Assembly: GCA_949045875.1 (NCBI GenBank)
Contig: CARPYP010000010.1
Span: forward strand, 1,156-65,155
Direction of reading: 5' to 3'
Source of the DNA: an uncultured Clostridia bacterium
Lineage (GTDB): Bacteria; Bacillota; Clostridia; TANB77; CAG-508
Length of the DNA stretch: 64,000 nt
Below are positions 30,490 through 40,088 of the stretch, one piece after another. The notes beneath the pieces were generated by a model. The model did no database searches. It saw only the letters and a list, made by a program, of their open reading frames with translations, and had not been told where the DNA came from. Each line of letters begins with the position of its first letter. Positions within the stretch are counted from its first letter, which is position 1. The translations under genes and the position numbers were made by a program.

Positions 30490-32364
30490 TTAGTTATCTT
30501 TTTTAGATTCTTTCATAAAGTATTCATCTATTTCTTCATCAATTAAGATTTCATAATTTCCTATATCTTTATACTCTTTACATTTAATATCACTTGTATC
30601 GGTATCTATTGATATAGTAGCAATAGCATTTTCTGTATTGCCGTGTATATAAGTTTTGTACCCTCCATCTTCTGTTAGTTTGATGTTTGGGTGTGCAAAT
30701 GTGTTATATTTTAAATCTATTATTGGTCTTTCTCCTCTTATAAACAATAAAGCATACTTATTGTCTAACATTCGGACTTCGTCTGGTGTCATTAGTTCTC
30801 TACCTGCTATCTGGTAGTTTGTGCTATAACTTCCAGAATGCCCTGTGCTTTTTCCGATAGGTATTGGTATCAATAGTTTCCTTTCCTAGAAGTTCGCTGA
30901 TATACTTATGTGTGGACTGCTCATTTCCGTCCGTAAGTACAAGAGCTCATCACAGTTACCAACTATGCTTTCCCATTGTTTTTCAAACAATGTTTTTAAT
31001 TGTGCAAGATTTTGTAATATTATTGAAACTGATACACCTCTCGAACGCATTGTGGCAAGTATTTTGTCAAAATCGTCCGGCAATGATACATTTGCGAACT
31101 CGTCCATTATAAAATGCACATTTACAGGCAATGCACCTTTGTATTTGTGGTCTGCTATATAAAATAATTGCTGAAATATTTGTGTATATAGCATTGAAAC
31201 AATAAAGTTAAATGATGTGTCATTATCTGGAATAAGTGCAAACAATGCTACTTTCTTTTCTCCAATACTTGCAAGCTCCATTTCGTCCTCCATTGTTAGA
31301 TTCGCTAAATCTCGCAAATTAAACTTTTCTAACCTAGAGGCTAATGTTATTTGAATTGATTTTAGTGTTTTTGCCGAACCAGAATGATAACTCCTATAAT
31401 ATTTTAATGCTATATGCTGTGGGTTTATTTCTTCTATCATTTTAAATAATTCGTCTAGTGGACTTTCGTATTCATCATCATCTTCCTTTACATCTCCTGC
31501 CCTCAATAGTTCTAATACCATATCAAAATTTTGCTCATACTCTGGAGCTTCATATTTTAATAGAAAAATTAAAGACATAAGTAACATTGAGGCTGATGTG
31601 TCCCAGAATGGATCGTTACTTTGACTTCCGTTTTGGTGTTGTACTCTTAAATAAATTCGTTACAAGTCTTTGAACATCATTGTCAGTTTTTAGGTATTTA
31701 AACGGATTATAACCATAACTTAAATTCATATTGATTAAGTCTAATACTTTTACTTCAAAACCTTTTTGTTCTAGCATATACCCTGTGTCCCTTAAAATTT
31801 CGCCTTTTGGATCTAAAATGATATATGAATTGTTAGAGGCTTGTAGTAAATTAGGTTTTGCATAAAACAATGTTTTACCTGCACCGACTTCCGACCAATT
31901 ACTAATGTATTAAGATTTCTTCTGTGTTTTTTAGCATTTAGTCCTAGTCTTATATCTTGTGTTAGTATTCTGTTTTCGCTTTCTGGTAGTTGTTTATATT
32001 TTTTATTGATTTCTCTTGTATTTCCCCATTTCGCTGATCCGTGTTCTTTACCTTTTTTATAATTCTTTCTAGTAGAAAAATATGCTCCTATTCCTATAAA
32101 ATAAGAAAATAAAAAAATAGCAACAGTTTTTGTGCTATTCTCTACAATACTTATTTTAAATGGTGTGTTTAGTGCTACTGGCAACTCATTTATTATTTTT
32201 GCAAGTCCTCCGTCTAATAATGGTGCTACTAAAAGTGCAAGCCATATAACAGGTATTATTCCAATAATAGTTAGTATTACATATATTCTATTATCTTGTT
32301 TCATCTCTATCTCCTTTTTTTCGGTGGAATATTCCCTTTTGCTTTTTAGATGGTGCTTTCGCAA
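30490..32364 (-). pseudogene. VirD4/TraG-family type IV coupling protein, disrupted
   Basis: Four ORF pieces. The Walker A reads VIGRKSVQV and becomes VIGGSGAGKT after deleting two C (GGTCGGAAGTCGGTG). A third C insertion lies at AAACGGAAG (~31604). An in-frame TAG stop lies at 30886..30888. The N-terminal TM segments and the C-terminal TraG-D_C domain are present. Confidence 0.8.
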
Positions 32365-32500
32365 CTTTTATAATAACTTTATCTATTAAGTCTGTTTCTT
32401 TTTCTTGCTGTCTTAATTCATTTTTCATACTTAATAGAGAATTTATTATAATTGCATAGACTATTCTGTCCATTTCAACTACTCTTTTTTCATCTTCCAT
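32291..32500 (-). CDS. Hypothetical small protein
   Basis: 69-aa ORF that overlaps the 5' end of virD4. Confidence 0.3.
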   Translation of the reverse strand: MEDEKRVVEMDRIVYAIIINSLLSMKNELRQQEKETDLIDKVIIKVAKAPSKKQKGIFHRKKGDRDETR

Positions 32501-32508
32501 AGAACTTC

Positions 32509-33399
32509 CTACCTTTCATATTCTCTATTAGTTTTGTTTCTGTTTTGCATTCCTACATCTCTGTCCATTCCCTCTGCTAGTATTTCAAAACATTCTCGTC
32601 CTTTTGCTAATTCTGCCTTTACTTCTTGTGGTGTCATCTGTTTTAGTTCTTCTGGTATTCTTTCAAAATTAAAGTCTTTCGTTGGAACTCCATATCTTTT
32701 ACATACCATATATGCAACACTTTCATTTTTAAAAGTATTTAGCTCTGAATCTGCAAAAGATAATGTGTGAATACTTGCAATTTCTCTTACTAACCCACTA
32801 ATTATTTGTTCTACTTCTGCTCTTTCTGCTACTTCTATAATTCTTTCATCTGCATTAAAATTAACTAACTTATTAGCATTTGAAGTATTTTGTACTGGTC
32901 TTACTTCAACTGGCGAAATAGATAATATTGATTTCATTATACTTTCCTTTGAAAATGGAACTGTATTTAGTTGCCTTTTTACTCTCATATCTGAAATATC
33001 ATATACATTTTTAGGATTATAGCTTTGTGCCTCTGTTCCGTCATCTCTTTCGTAAATATCGCCTTGCTCTAATATAATTATTTTGTTTGGCTTTCCTGCA
33101 AAATTTATATTATCTTTCTTCCACCCCTCTGCGTCTTTTAGTTGTGTAGCTTTTGGGTTTTGTGCTGTTACAAGTAAAGCATTTCCTACTGAATAAGTTG
33201 GAAATTTGCTTTGCACATTTAAGTAGGTTTTATAAAGTTCTCCACTTTCTGTTATTTTTGTTGCCATTTCATCTTGTGTATTATATGCAAATTCTCTGTC
33301 TTGTTGTTTTCCCTTTCCCCATTCTTCTTTGTTAAATTCTTCTTTGCTATTTTGCACATTATTGACTGCACTTTTTATAATATCGTTTATCATACTCAT
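32509..33399 (-). CDS. ArdC-like (ssDNA-binding, antirestriction-type) N-terminal domain protein
   Basis: 296 aa. The domain assignment rests on position and composition and is uncertain. Confidence 0.45.
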   Translation of the reverse strand: MSMINDIIKSAVNNVQNSKEEFNKEEWGKGKQQDREFAYNTQDEMATKITESGELYKTYLNVQSKFPTYSVGNALLVTAQNPKATQLKDAEGWKKDNINFAGKPNKIIILEQGDIYERDDGTEAQSYNPKNVYDISDMRVKRQLNTVPFSKESIMKSILSISPVEVRPVQNTSNANKLVNFNADERIIEVAERAEVEQIISGLVREIASIHTLSFADSELNTFKNESVAYMVCKRYGVPTKDFNFERIPEELKQMTPQEVKAELAKGRECFEILAEGMDRDVGMQNRNKTNREYER

Positions 33400-33403
33400 A
33401 AAC

Positions 33404-34216
33404 TTATTTGCTCCTTTCCTTTTTTCTATTTTTCTTTTTAGGCTGTTTGTGTTTTGTTTCGTTTGCTTTTTCTTGTTTTGGTGTTTCCTTTGTTTCTTCT
33501 TTTGCCTTTTGTTGTTCTTTTTCTTCTCTCTGCTTTTTTATTGTGTCTAGCTTTTCCATTATTGACGGCTTTTCTTCCTTTTTAGTCCCCTCCGTCTTTT
33601 CGTTTGCTTTCGATAAATTCTCTGATGGAACTTCTTTCTCCGTAACTGGAATGTTACTGGGGTTGGTGTTCTCATTTTCCTCCTTATTGTTTTCTTTTTT
33701 CATTAGTTTGTTTAGTAAATCTTGTGATGTATTTTTTTCTTGAATCTCTTTTTGAATTTCTGTTTTTTCTTTTGGTGCTTGTGTAGGATTTTCCTTTTCT
33801 GCTTTTTCTAATACTTCATCTAGTTTCGATTGTTCGACTGTTGTTAAGTTATAATTTGCAACTATTCTATTAACTAAAACTGCGTCATCTTCCTTAACTA
33901 CAATATCAATGATACCATCTTTATTTACATTGCCTTTTAGATATATTGCACTATACGGAATTTTGTATTTTTTAGCACCTTTTTTAAAATCTTCTAGGTT
34001 TTCCTTTTTAATACTAAATATCTTAAAACTGCCCTTGCTTTTTAACATTTTATTTAAGTTTACTTTACCTGTCTTGTGTTCGTTTCGTTCTTTTGACATA
34101 GCATATAACATTACTGCCATTTCTTTTGCCATACTTCCTGTTAGTTTTGCTACAACTTCAAATCCCTCTAAACTTAATCGTACCATTTCTTCGGCACTAT
34201 CACTTGATGTACTCAT
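33404..34216 (-). CDS. PcfB-family (DUF3801) conjugation protein
   Basis: The start is set at MSTSSDSAEEMVRLSLEG, which has the RBS AAAGGAG. The DUF3801 N-terminus is followed by a Lys/Glu-rich tail. Confidence 0.6.
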   Translation of the reverse strand: MSTSSDSAEEMVRLSLEGFEVVAKLTGSMAKEMAVMLYAMSKERNEHKTGKVNLNKMLKSKGSFKIFSIKKENLEDFKKGAKKYKIPYSAIYLKGNVNKDGIIDIVVKEDDAVLVNRIVANYNLTTVEQSKLDEVLEKAEKENPTQAPKEKTEIQKEIQEKNTSQDLLNKLMKKENNKEENENTNPSNIPVTEKEVPSENLSKANEKTEGTKKEEKPSIMEKLDTIKKQREEKEQQKAKEETKETPKQEKANETKHKQPKKKNRKKERSK

Positions 34217-35543
34217 AGTCCTTTTTCTCCTTTCCTTTCTGGATTTCTTCTTTCTCATCTAATTCTTTTAGATTTTGTTTTATCTTTGGTACTCTTGCCT
34301 CAATTTCCTTACACATTTTTATTTTGTGTTTTAGAAATTGAATTTTGCCTGCTATTTGAGAGAGTTTTGTATAATTCTCTTGTCTTTCTTCTTTCTTCAG
34401 CTTGGTGTTCTGATAGTAAAGTTTATCTCGCTCCTCCTCGAGATTTTTAAGTTCTTCATTTAAAGTATTCATATATAAAGAAAGCTCCTTTGTAGTCTTA
34501 ATATCATTACTACAAAGAAGTCTTGCCTCCTCTGATATTCTTTCCATTTTCTGCACATCTGCTTTAATGGAAATTGGTGTTTTGTGTTTCTTTTCTGTTT
34601 TAGGGTATATCTTTAATAAGTAACAATAATATAAATACAAAGCCTTAATTCCTTTTGCTTTTTTCTTGTTTCTTATCTGCCCTCTATAAATGTATATTTT
34701 ATTTAAACGCTTTTCTGGAAATGGTAGTTTTATTGCCTTTTCTGTTTTTATTCTTGCCTTTATTTGTTCTACTGTATAATCATCTCCAAACGCTCTTGCT
34801 ACTCTTATATTTTTTGTATATGGATCTCTCCTTATACTTAACTTACCTGCTCTATAAATAAGTTCATAGTCCATTGCTTTTAGTAAATTTTCAAATTCTT
34901 TATAGGTATTTGACTGTGTAATTGCATAATCAATATCTTGTTTTGTTTGTGTATGATAATTATTTTTTTGCACATACCCTTTATAAAATTGCGTATAGTC
35001 TACTTTATATTTTCCAGTAGGCTTTTCTTTTAAAACAGAAAGTCCATATTCTCTACACAAATTATCTGATGTTTGCCTCATTAGTGCATAAGTTTCTAAC
35101 TTATTATAGTATTTTAGTCCGTCAACAAACGATACAGAATTTAACAAAAAATGATTATGAATGTGATTAGTATTTAAGTGTGTAGTAACTACAACTTGAA
35201 ATCTATCTCCCCATAATTCCTCTGCAAGTTTTACTCCAATTTTATGAGCTATATCTGGTGTTACTTCGCCCTCTTTGAAAGACTGGAATGCGTGAAAAGC
35301 TAAAATGCCATCTTCTTTATCAAATAGCTTTTTTGTTTCCATCATTTCTTGCACAACATTATCTTCACTACAATTTATTGCTGTAACATATAATTGTTTT
35401 TCTGTTTTATATGAGGCTTTTACATATTCTGCAACTTTGTGTAAATTATAATAACTGTCTGCGTTAGTTTTCTTTTCATTTACTACATAATCAACTACAT
35501 TATCTAATCTTTTTTCTATCTTCCATATTTTAGTTGTTGCCAT
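34200..35543 (-). CDS. MobP/MobA-MobL-type relaxase
   Basis: 447 aa. It has the N-terminal relaxase fold with the His triad HLNTNHIHNHFLL. Confidence 0.8.
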   Translation of the reverse strand: MATTKIWKIEKRLDNVVDYVVNEKKTNADSYYNLHKVAEYVKASYKTEKQLYVTAINCSEDNVVQEMMETKKLFDKEDGILAFHAFQSFKEGEVTPDIAHKIGVKLAEELWGDRFQVVVTTHLNTNHIHNHFLLNSVSFVDGLKYYNKLETYALMRQTSDNLCREYGLSVLKEKPTGKYKVDYTQFYKGYVQKNNYHTQTKQDIDYAITQSNTYKEFENLLKAMDYELIYRAGKLSIRRDPYTKNIRVARAFGDDYTVEQIKARIKTEKAIKLPFPEKRLNKIYIYRGQIRNKKKAKGIKALYLYYCYLLKIYPKTEKKHKTPISIKADVQKMERISEEARLLCSNDIKTTKELSLYMNTLNEELKNLEEERDKLYYQNTKLKKEERQENYTKLSQIAGKIQFLKHKIKMCKEIEARVPKIKQNLKELDEKEEIQKGKEKKDYEYIK

Positions 35544-35556
35544 TATCTGACCTCCA

Positions 35557-35871
35557 TTATTTCAAATATTTTTCTACTATTCTTGATCTTAATTCATCAA
35601 TTCCATCTAGTGTTTTATACACTCTTTTTGTATCTAGTTCTTTTGTATATTTGCTTAAATCTTTTATTGTTTTTATTTCTTTTCTAAACTTCAATAATTC
35701 TTTCATTGTTTCGTAAAATTCCTGTGGTGGCTTTTCCTTTATTGTTGTTCCTGTTATCAATTTTCTTATAACTTGCACTTCGGTTTTTCCTGATAATTCA
35801 CTTAAATTTTTTAATGAATTATTTTCTGTTTCATCAAACCAAAAGTTCTTTTTTATTCTTCTTTTTCTCAT
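35557..35871 (-). CDS. MobC-like relaxosome accessory protein (ribbon-helix-helix)
   Basis: The start is set at MRKRRIKKNFWFD. It lies immediately upstream of the relaxase. Confidence 0.6.
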   Translation of the reverse strand: MRKRRIKKNFWFDETENNSLKNLSELSGKTEVQVIRKLITGTTIKEKPPQEFYETMKELLKFRKEIKTIKDLSKYTKELDTKRVYKTLDGIDELRSRIVEKYLK

Positions 35872-35904
35872 AACTTTTCCTTTCATTTATTATAATTTTA
35901 AAAT

Positions 35905-35935
35905 GGGGATTGGGGCATTGCCCCACAAAGTCGAA
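35905..35935. promoter_or_regulatory. Candidate oriT: GC-rich palindrome GGGGCATTGCCCC (35912..35924) upstream of mobC
   Basis: The only strongly GC-rich inverted repeat in the mob region. Read directly. Confidence 0.45.
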
Positions 35936-35965
35936 TTTTTCTAGGGAGGAAAAATTCATTGCTTG

Positions 35966-36352
35966 TTAGGACTCTAACTGGTGTATAATTTCGTCTATTG
36001 GTATATAGTTTTTACACTTATCACATACAACTCCTACATCTTCTTTTGGCAAATCATCTTCTATTTCTTCATTTCCTTTTTCATAAGTTTCTCTATCAAT
36101 TTTGCTAATAAAAAAACTATTTTCCTTTATAAAATTCTCTTTATCTTTTACATTTTCTTTTCCGTTTTCATCAATAATTTTTTCAATATATATAAATAAT
36201 TCTTTTCTATTTTCTAAATCTTCTGTAAAAAAGTTTTCATCTTTTTTTACTACTTTTTGTAACATTTTGAATAGTGCCTCTGAATGACTTTCTGCACTAA
36301 TTTGTATCTCTATTTCTTTTATTCTTTTAACTAAAAATTTATATTTTTTCAT
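35966..36352 (-). CDS. Hypothetical protein with a C-terminal CxxC
   Basis: 128-aa ORF. Confidence 0.4.
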   Translation of the reverse strand: MKKYKFLVKRIKEIEIQISAESHSEALFKMLQKVVKKDENFFTEDLENRKELFIYIEKIIDENGKENVKDKENFIKENSFFISKIDRETYEKGNEEIEDDLPKEDVGVVCDKCKNYIPIDEIIHQLES

Positions 36353-36355
36353 AAC

Positions 36356-37312
36356 TTATCGTGTCCTTTCTTTTTCAATTTTTTTAATACCTTTTTTCAA
36401 ACATAAGTATTCGTTTACATCTTTTCCATAAGCCATTGGTCTGTCAAAAACTTTATATTTTTTACTCAATACTTGCTGAAAAAAAGTGCTTGCATTTCTT
36501 CCTGCTAAATCTCTATCTAGGTGCAAATGTACTTCATTTACATTAGGATTTTTTTCTAAAAATTCTGTTAATGAAACTGGAATTTTTGTTTTTTCTAAAT
36601 CATATTTTGAAGAATAAATCCCACCTAATGAGAGTAAATTTTCTTCTCTCCAGTTTCTATTTTCTGAACTTAAAAGAGTAGCAAATGATAATAAATCAAT
36701 GCTACTTTCAAATAAATGAACTATATTATTTTCTTTCTCTGCTTTTATCTTAAACGAATATTTTTTGTTACTTCCTGTTGCCTCTCTCATAAATCTTTCT
36801 TGATTAGTTGCTCTGCAAAAAGCATAACTTGGAATTTTATTATTATCATAGCCAATAAACACTACATTGTTTGTTCTTTCTTCTTGATAAAGCAACTTAT
36901 TTTCAATGCAATATTGTATAATTTCTTTGTCTATTCCTCGACTCAATAAATAGTTTATTGCTCTAGCATTATTACTTGCTTTTACTGGTATTTTTAATCT
37001 TCTTTCGTGATTTTTTTCTTCCTGTTCATACTTAACAGGAGCTTGTATTTTCATATTTCCTAATACAGTTTGTACTGCATTTATAAATGATAAATTTTTT
37101 ACTATCATTAAATAATCTATTGCATTTTTTCCACCTACTCCTTTTGAAAACCAATACCACAAACCATTACTAATTTTTAAGCTATCGTGTTCCTTTGTTA
37201 CAAAAGTATTTCTGCATACTGGTACTAACTGACTAGGCTCATAATTTTTCAAATAAGTAAGTAGATCCACTTGTCTTGCTTGTGCAACTATTTCTGGTGC
37301 AATATATGGCAT
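36356..37312 (-). CDS. DUF3991/Toprim domain protein (primase-like) of conjugative elements
   Basis: 318 aa. A Toprim-like acidic motif (HLHLDRDLAGRNAS) is present. Confidence 0.6.
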   Translation of the reverse strand: MPYIAPEIVAQARQVDLLTYLKNYEPSQLVPVCRNTFVTKEHDSLKISNGLWYWFSKGVGGKNAIDYLMIVKNLSFINAVQTVLGNMKIQAPVKYEQEEKNHERRLKIPVKASNNARAINYLLSRGIDKEIIQYCIENKLLYQEERTNNVVFIGYDNNKIPSYAFCRATNQERFMREATGSNKKYSFKIKAEKENNIVHLFESSIDLLSFATLLSSENRNWREENLLSLGGIYSSKYDLEKTKIPVSLTEFLEKNPNVNEVHLHLDRDLAGRNASTFFQQVLSKKYKVFDRPMAYGKDVNEYLCLKKGIKKIEKERTR

Positions 37313-37320
37313 ATCTACAC

Positions 37321-37533
37321 CTACCTTTCCCTTTCTTTATGCTTTTTTTCTTTTATAACTTCGTCTTTGTATTCGCTAAATTCTGCCCCCATAAAGTTAT
37401 CTTCATTTAATATATATTCTTCATTTTTATATCTATCTCGTGCAATACTTATAGCGTCTTCTAATGAATCTGCTTTTATTTTAACAACTTTTTGTAAAGT
37501 TTCTTCTATTTCAATTTGATATACTTTTGACAT
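37321..37533 (-). CDS. Hypothetical protein
   Basis: 70-aa ORF. Confidence 0.35.
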   Translation of the reverse strand: MSKVYQIEIEETLQKVVKIKADSLEDAISIARDRYKNEEYILNEDNFMGAEFSEYKDEVIKEKKHKERER

Positions 37534-37538
37534 TGCTT

Positions 37539-37895
37539 TTACCTCTCTTTTTCTTTATTTTTATTTTTTAGTTGATTATATTCTTTGACAATATTTCCTA
37601 AACTATCTCCTACATTATCTTCTAAATATTCCCATATATTGCCGTCAGACTTCTCATATTTGTCATACAATTTTTCTAACAGATTATCGGTTTTTAGTAA
37701 TACTTGTATTTGCTCTTTACTAAAAATTATTCCATCAATAATATCTCTTATTTGCTGTTTGATATTTATTTTATATGCTTGCTCTATAATTTCTTCTGGT
37801 GTATAGTTTTTTATTAGATTTTGTTTATAATTAAATAATTCTTGGTCAATTTTTTTCATTAACATTTCTTTTAAATCATCGTAGCTCATACGCAT
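37539..37895 (-). CDS. Hypothetical protein
   Basis: 118-aa ORF. Confidence 0.4.
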   Translation of the reverse strand: MRMSYDDLKEMLMKKIDQELFNYKQNLIKNYTPEEIIEQAYKINIKQQIRDIIDGIIFSKEQIQVLLKTDNLLEKLYDKYEKSDGNIWEYLEDNVGDSLGNIVKEYNQLKNKNKEKER

Positions 37896-37904
37896 TTCTC
37901 CTTT

Positions 37905-38258
37905 CTAGTCATTATAAGGCAGTATATTTTTTTCCATATAACTTTTATATGGATCTTCTGAATTATAATAACTTTTTTCTTGTGAATAATATTCATTATT
38001 AACATCTGTATATTTTTTCATTGTTTCTTTTTCAATTTGTTTTATTTTCTTTTGCTTTTGAACTTCTTTACGATTTTCAAGATCTAACTCTTGTAATTCT
38101 AATTGTAATCCTGCTGATTCATTTTTATATTTCCTTATTTCTAATTTCTTTTTTTTGTATTTTAGTTCCAATTCTTCTAGCTCTTTGTTTGCTCTAGCAA
38201 TTTTTATATTTAATTTTCCAATTTTTTCTGTTATATCTGCTCTTTGCAAACTTATCAC
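37905..38258 (-). CDS. Hypothetical coiled-coil protein
   Basis: 117-aa ORF. Confidence 0.4.
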   Translation of the reverse strand: MISLQRADITEKIGKLNIKIARANKELEELELKYKKKKLEIRKYKNESAGLQLELQELDLENRKEVQKQKKIKQIEKETMKKYTDVNNEYYSQEKSYYNSEDPYKSYMEKNILPYND

Positions 38259-38315
38259 TTCCTTTTATTCTAAATAATAAAAAAGAAAATACTAATTTCT
38301 TAATATCTTCTTTTT

Positions 38316-39272
38316 CTATCTTACATCTCTGTTCCTTTTTACTTTTCTTGACTTTTCTTTATCAAATAAATTTTGACTTTCTGTTATTTTCTCTGTTTTT
38401 ATCAAATTACTTTTTTTATCAAAATAAACCATATCTTTAATTGTTCCATATTTTTGATGTTCTAAAATTTTATTATAAGTTTCTTTATCTTGTGTTCCTA
38501 TAAATACCCTAGTAGCTCCACTATTTCTTGCAATATTTTTAAAAAATCCATTTAGATTTTCTAATTTTTGATTAAACATTTTATTTGGAATATCTAATAC
38601 TAATCTAATATTACATTTACTATCAGTTAATATTGCTGTTGAATACTCTTTTTCATTTTGAATTTGTTTCAATAAAGCTACTAGCTCATCACGGCAAGAA
38701 ATTTTAATATTATATAATGTATTTTGCTTTAACTTTTCTTCCATATTTTCTAATGTATCTTTTTTTAAACTCTTTTCCTTTGGCATTAAAATTAAACCTT
38801 CTGAATTTTCTTCAATAATTGAATATTTATCTGTATTTCCTAACACAATGTGTCCTAAAAATCCCTCTACATTAGCAACAAAATTACGAGTTATTTCCAT
38901 ATCTTCTTGCGAGGGTTTAGCTGAATTAGAAGAATGATTATGTGCCAAATAATAACCATCTGCACCTAATCTCTGTATTCTATTATTCATTTTTTCATAG
39001 GTTTTTATTGGATTGCGTTCAAATTTTTTTCCATTAGAAAAAAGGATTACGGCGTCTGGTATTTTACTTGTAATAGCTTCTTGCCCTACTATTTTATTGT
39101 CTTTCATATAAAATACTCTAAATGTTTCATAACGAGAATCTCTAAATATATCACATATATTTACAATATCTTTTGTTTTCTGTATTTTTGAATCACTTAA
39201 ATCAATATACCCTCTATTATTAACAGTCATATTTTCTAATTTGTTATAAATTACTTTTACATTGCTATTCAC
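38316..39272 (-). CDS. RadC-like JAB/MPN domain protein
   Basis: 318 aa. The JAMM motif reads YYLAHNHSSNSAKPSQEDMEIT. Confidence 0.65.
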   Translation of the reverse strand: MNSNVKVIYNKLENMTVNNRGYIDLSDSKIQKTKDIVNICDIFRDSRYETFRVFYMKDNKIVGQEAITSKIPDAVILFSNGKKFERNPIKTYEKMNNRIQRLGADGYYLAHNHSSNSAKPSQEDMEITRNFVANVEGFLGHIVLGNTDKYSIIEENSEGLILMPKEKSLKKDTLENMEEKLKQNTLYNIKISCRDELVALLKQIQNEKEYSTAILTDSKCNIRLVLDIPNKMFNQKLENLNGFFKNIARNSGATRVFIGTQDKETYNKILEHQKYGTIKDMVYFDKKSNLIKTEKITESQNLFDKEKSRKVKRNRDVR

Positions 39273-39345
39273 TTTTTACTCCTTTCTAGCAAAATTTTAC
39301 AAAAATATAGAAGATACTAAAAACTTAATATCTTCTATACTATAA

Positions 39346-39993
39346 TTACAATAATCTCATCTGTTTTAGAAAAAGCAACATTTCTCTAGCTCCCAATTTA
39401 AAGTTTTCTATTGTTTCAATAGTATTTATATCTCCCTCTATTTCTAACATATCTAAAACAGCTTTTACTTCATCTTCTGTTAATTGTACTGCCTCTTTAT
39501 CTTCAAAAATTGCTCTTATATTTGGATTATCTGCTTTTACTTTTTCTCTTTTAACTTCTAGCTCTTTATATTCTGCATTTTCTTTTAACATTCTTACTCT
39601 ATTAGTATTTAAGTAATCGTAAAAATCATCTGAATATTCGTCAAAGAATACTGTTTTTGTTTCTATCTCTTTCTTTTCTTCTTTTACTTCTGTTTTTACT
39701 ACTTCACTCATTCTTGCACAGTCATAAGCTCCTAATTTGTAATACATTTTGTTCCAGAAGTCATCATCATCTCCAGTAGATAATTCATACTTATTAAGTA
39801 AGTCTAGTATTTCTTTTTGTTTTTCTTCATCTGTAACTATTTCTTTGATTTTTTCTGTTAGCTTTTCTTCAATGGCTAACGATCCTAGTTCTTTTTTCTG
39901 TTTTGACATCTCCTTTAAAATTTTGTCTGCAAACTCATCTCCTTTCAACTCATACATTTCGTCTAAAATGTTTCTTTTGAAAAAATTTTTCAT
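39346..39993 (-). CDS. Hypothetical acidic protein
   Basis: 215-aa ORF with the RBS AGGAGGTATAT. Confidence 0.45.
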   Translation of the reverse strand: MKNFFKRNILDEMYELKGDEFADKILKEMSKQKKELGSLAIEEKLTEKIKEIVTDEEKQKEILDLLNKYELSTGDDDDFWNKMYYKLGAYDCARMSEVVKTEVKEEKKEIETKTVFFDEYSDDFYDYLNTNRVRMLKENAEYKELEVKREKVKADNPNIRAIFEDKEAVQLTEDEVKAVLDMLEIEGDINTIETIENFKLGAREMLLFLKQMRLL

Positions 39994-40088
39994 AATATAT
40001 ATACCTCCTATGGATATATATTATGTTAAGTTTGTATATTAAGGAAATGTGTAATATAAGAAATTTTTTCGTTTTTATATCTTTGATT

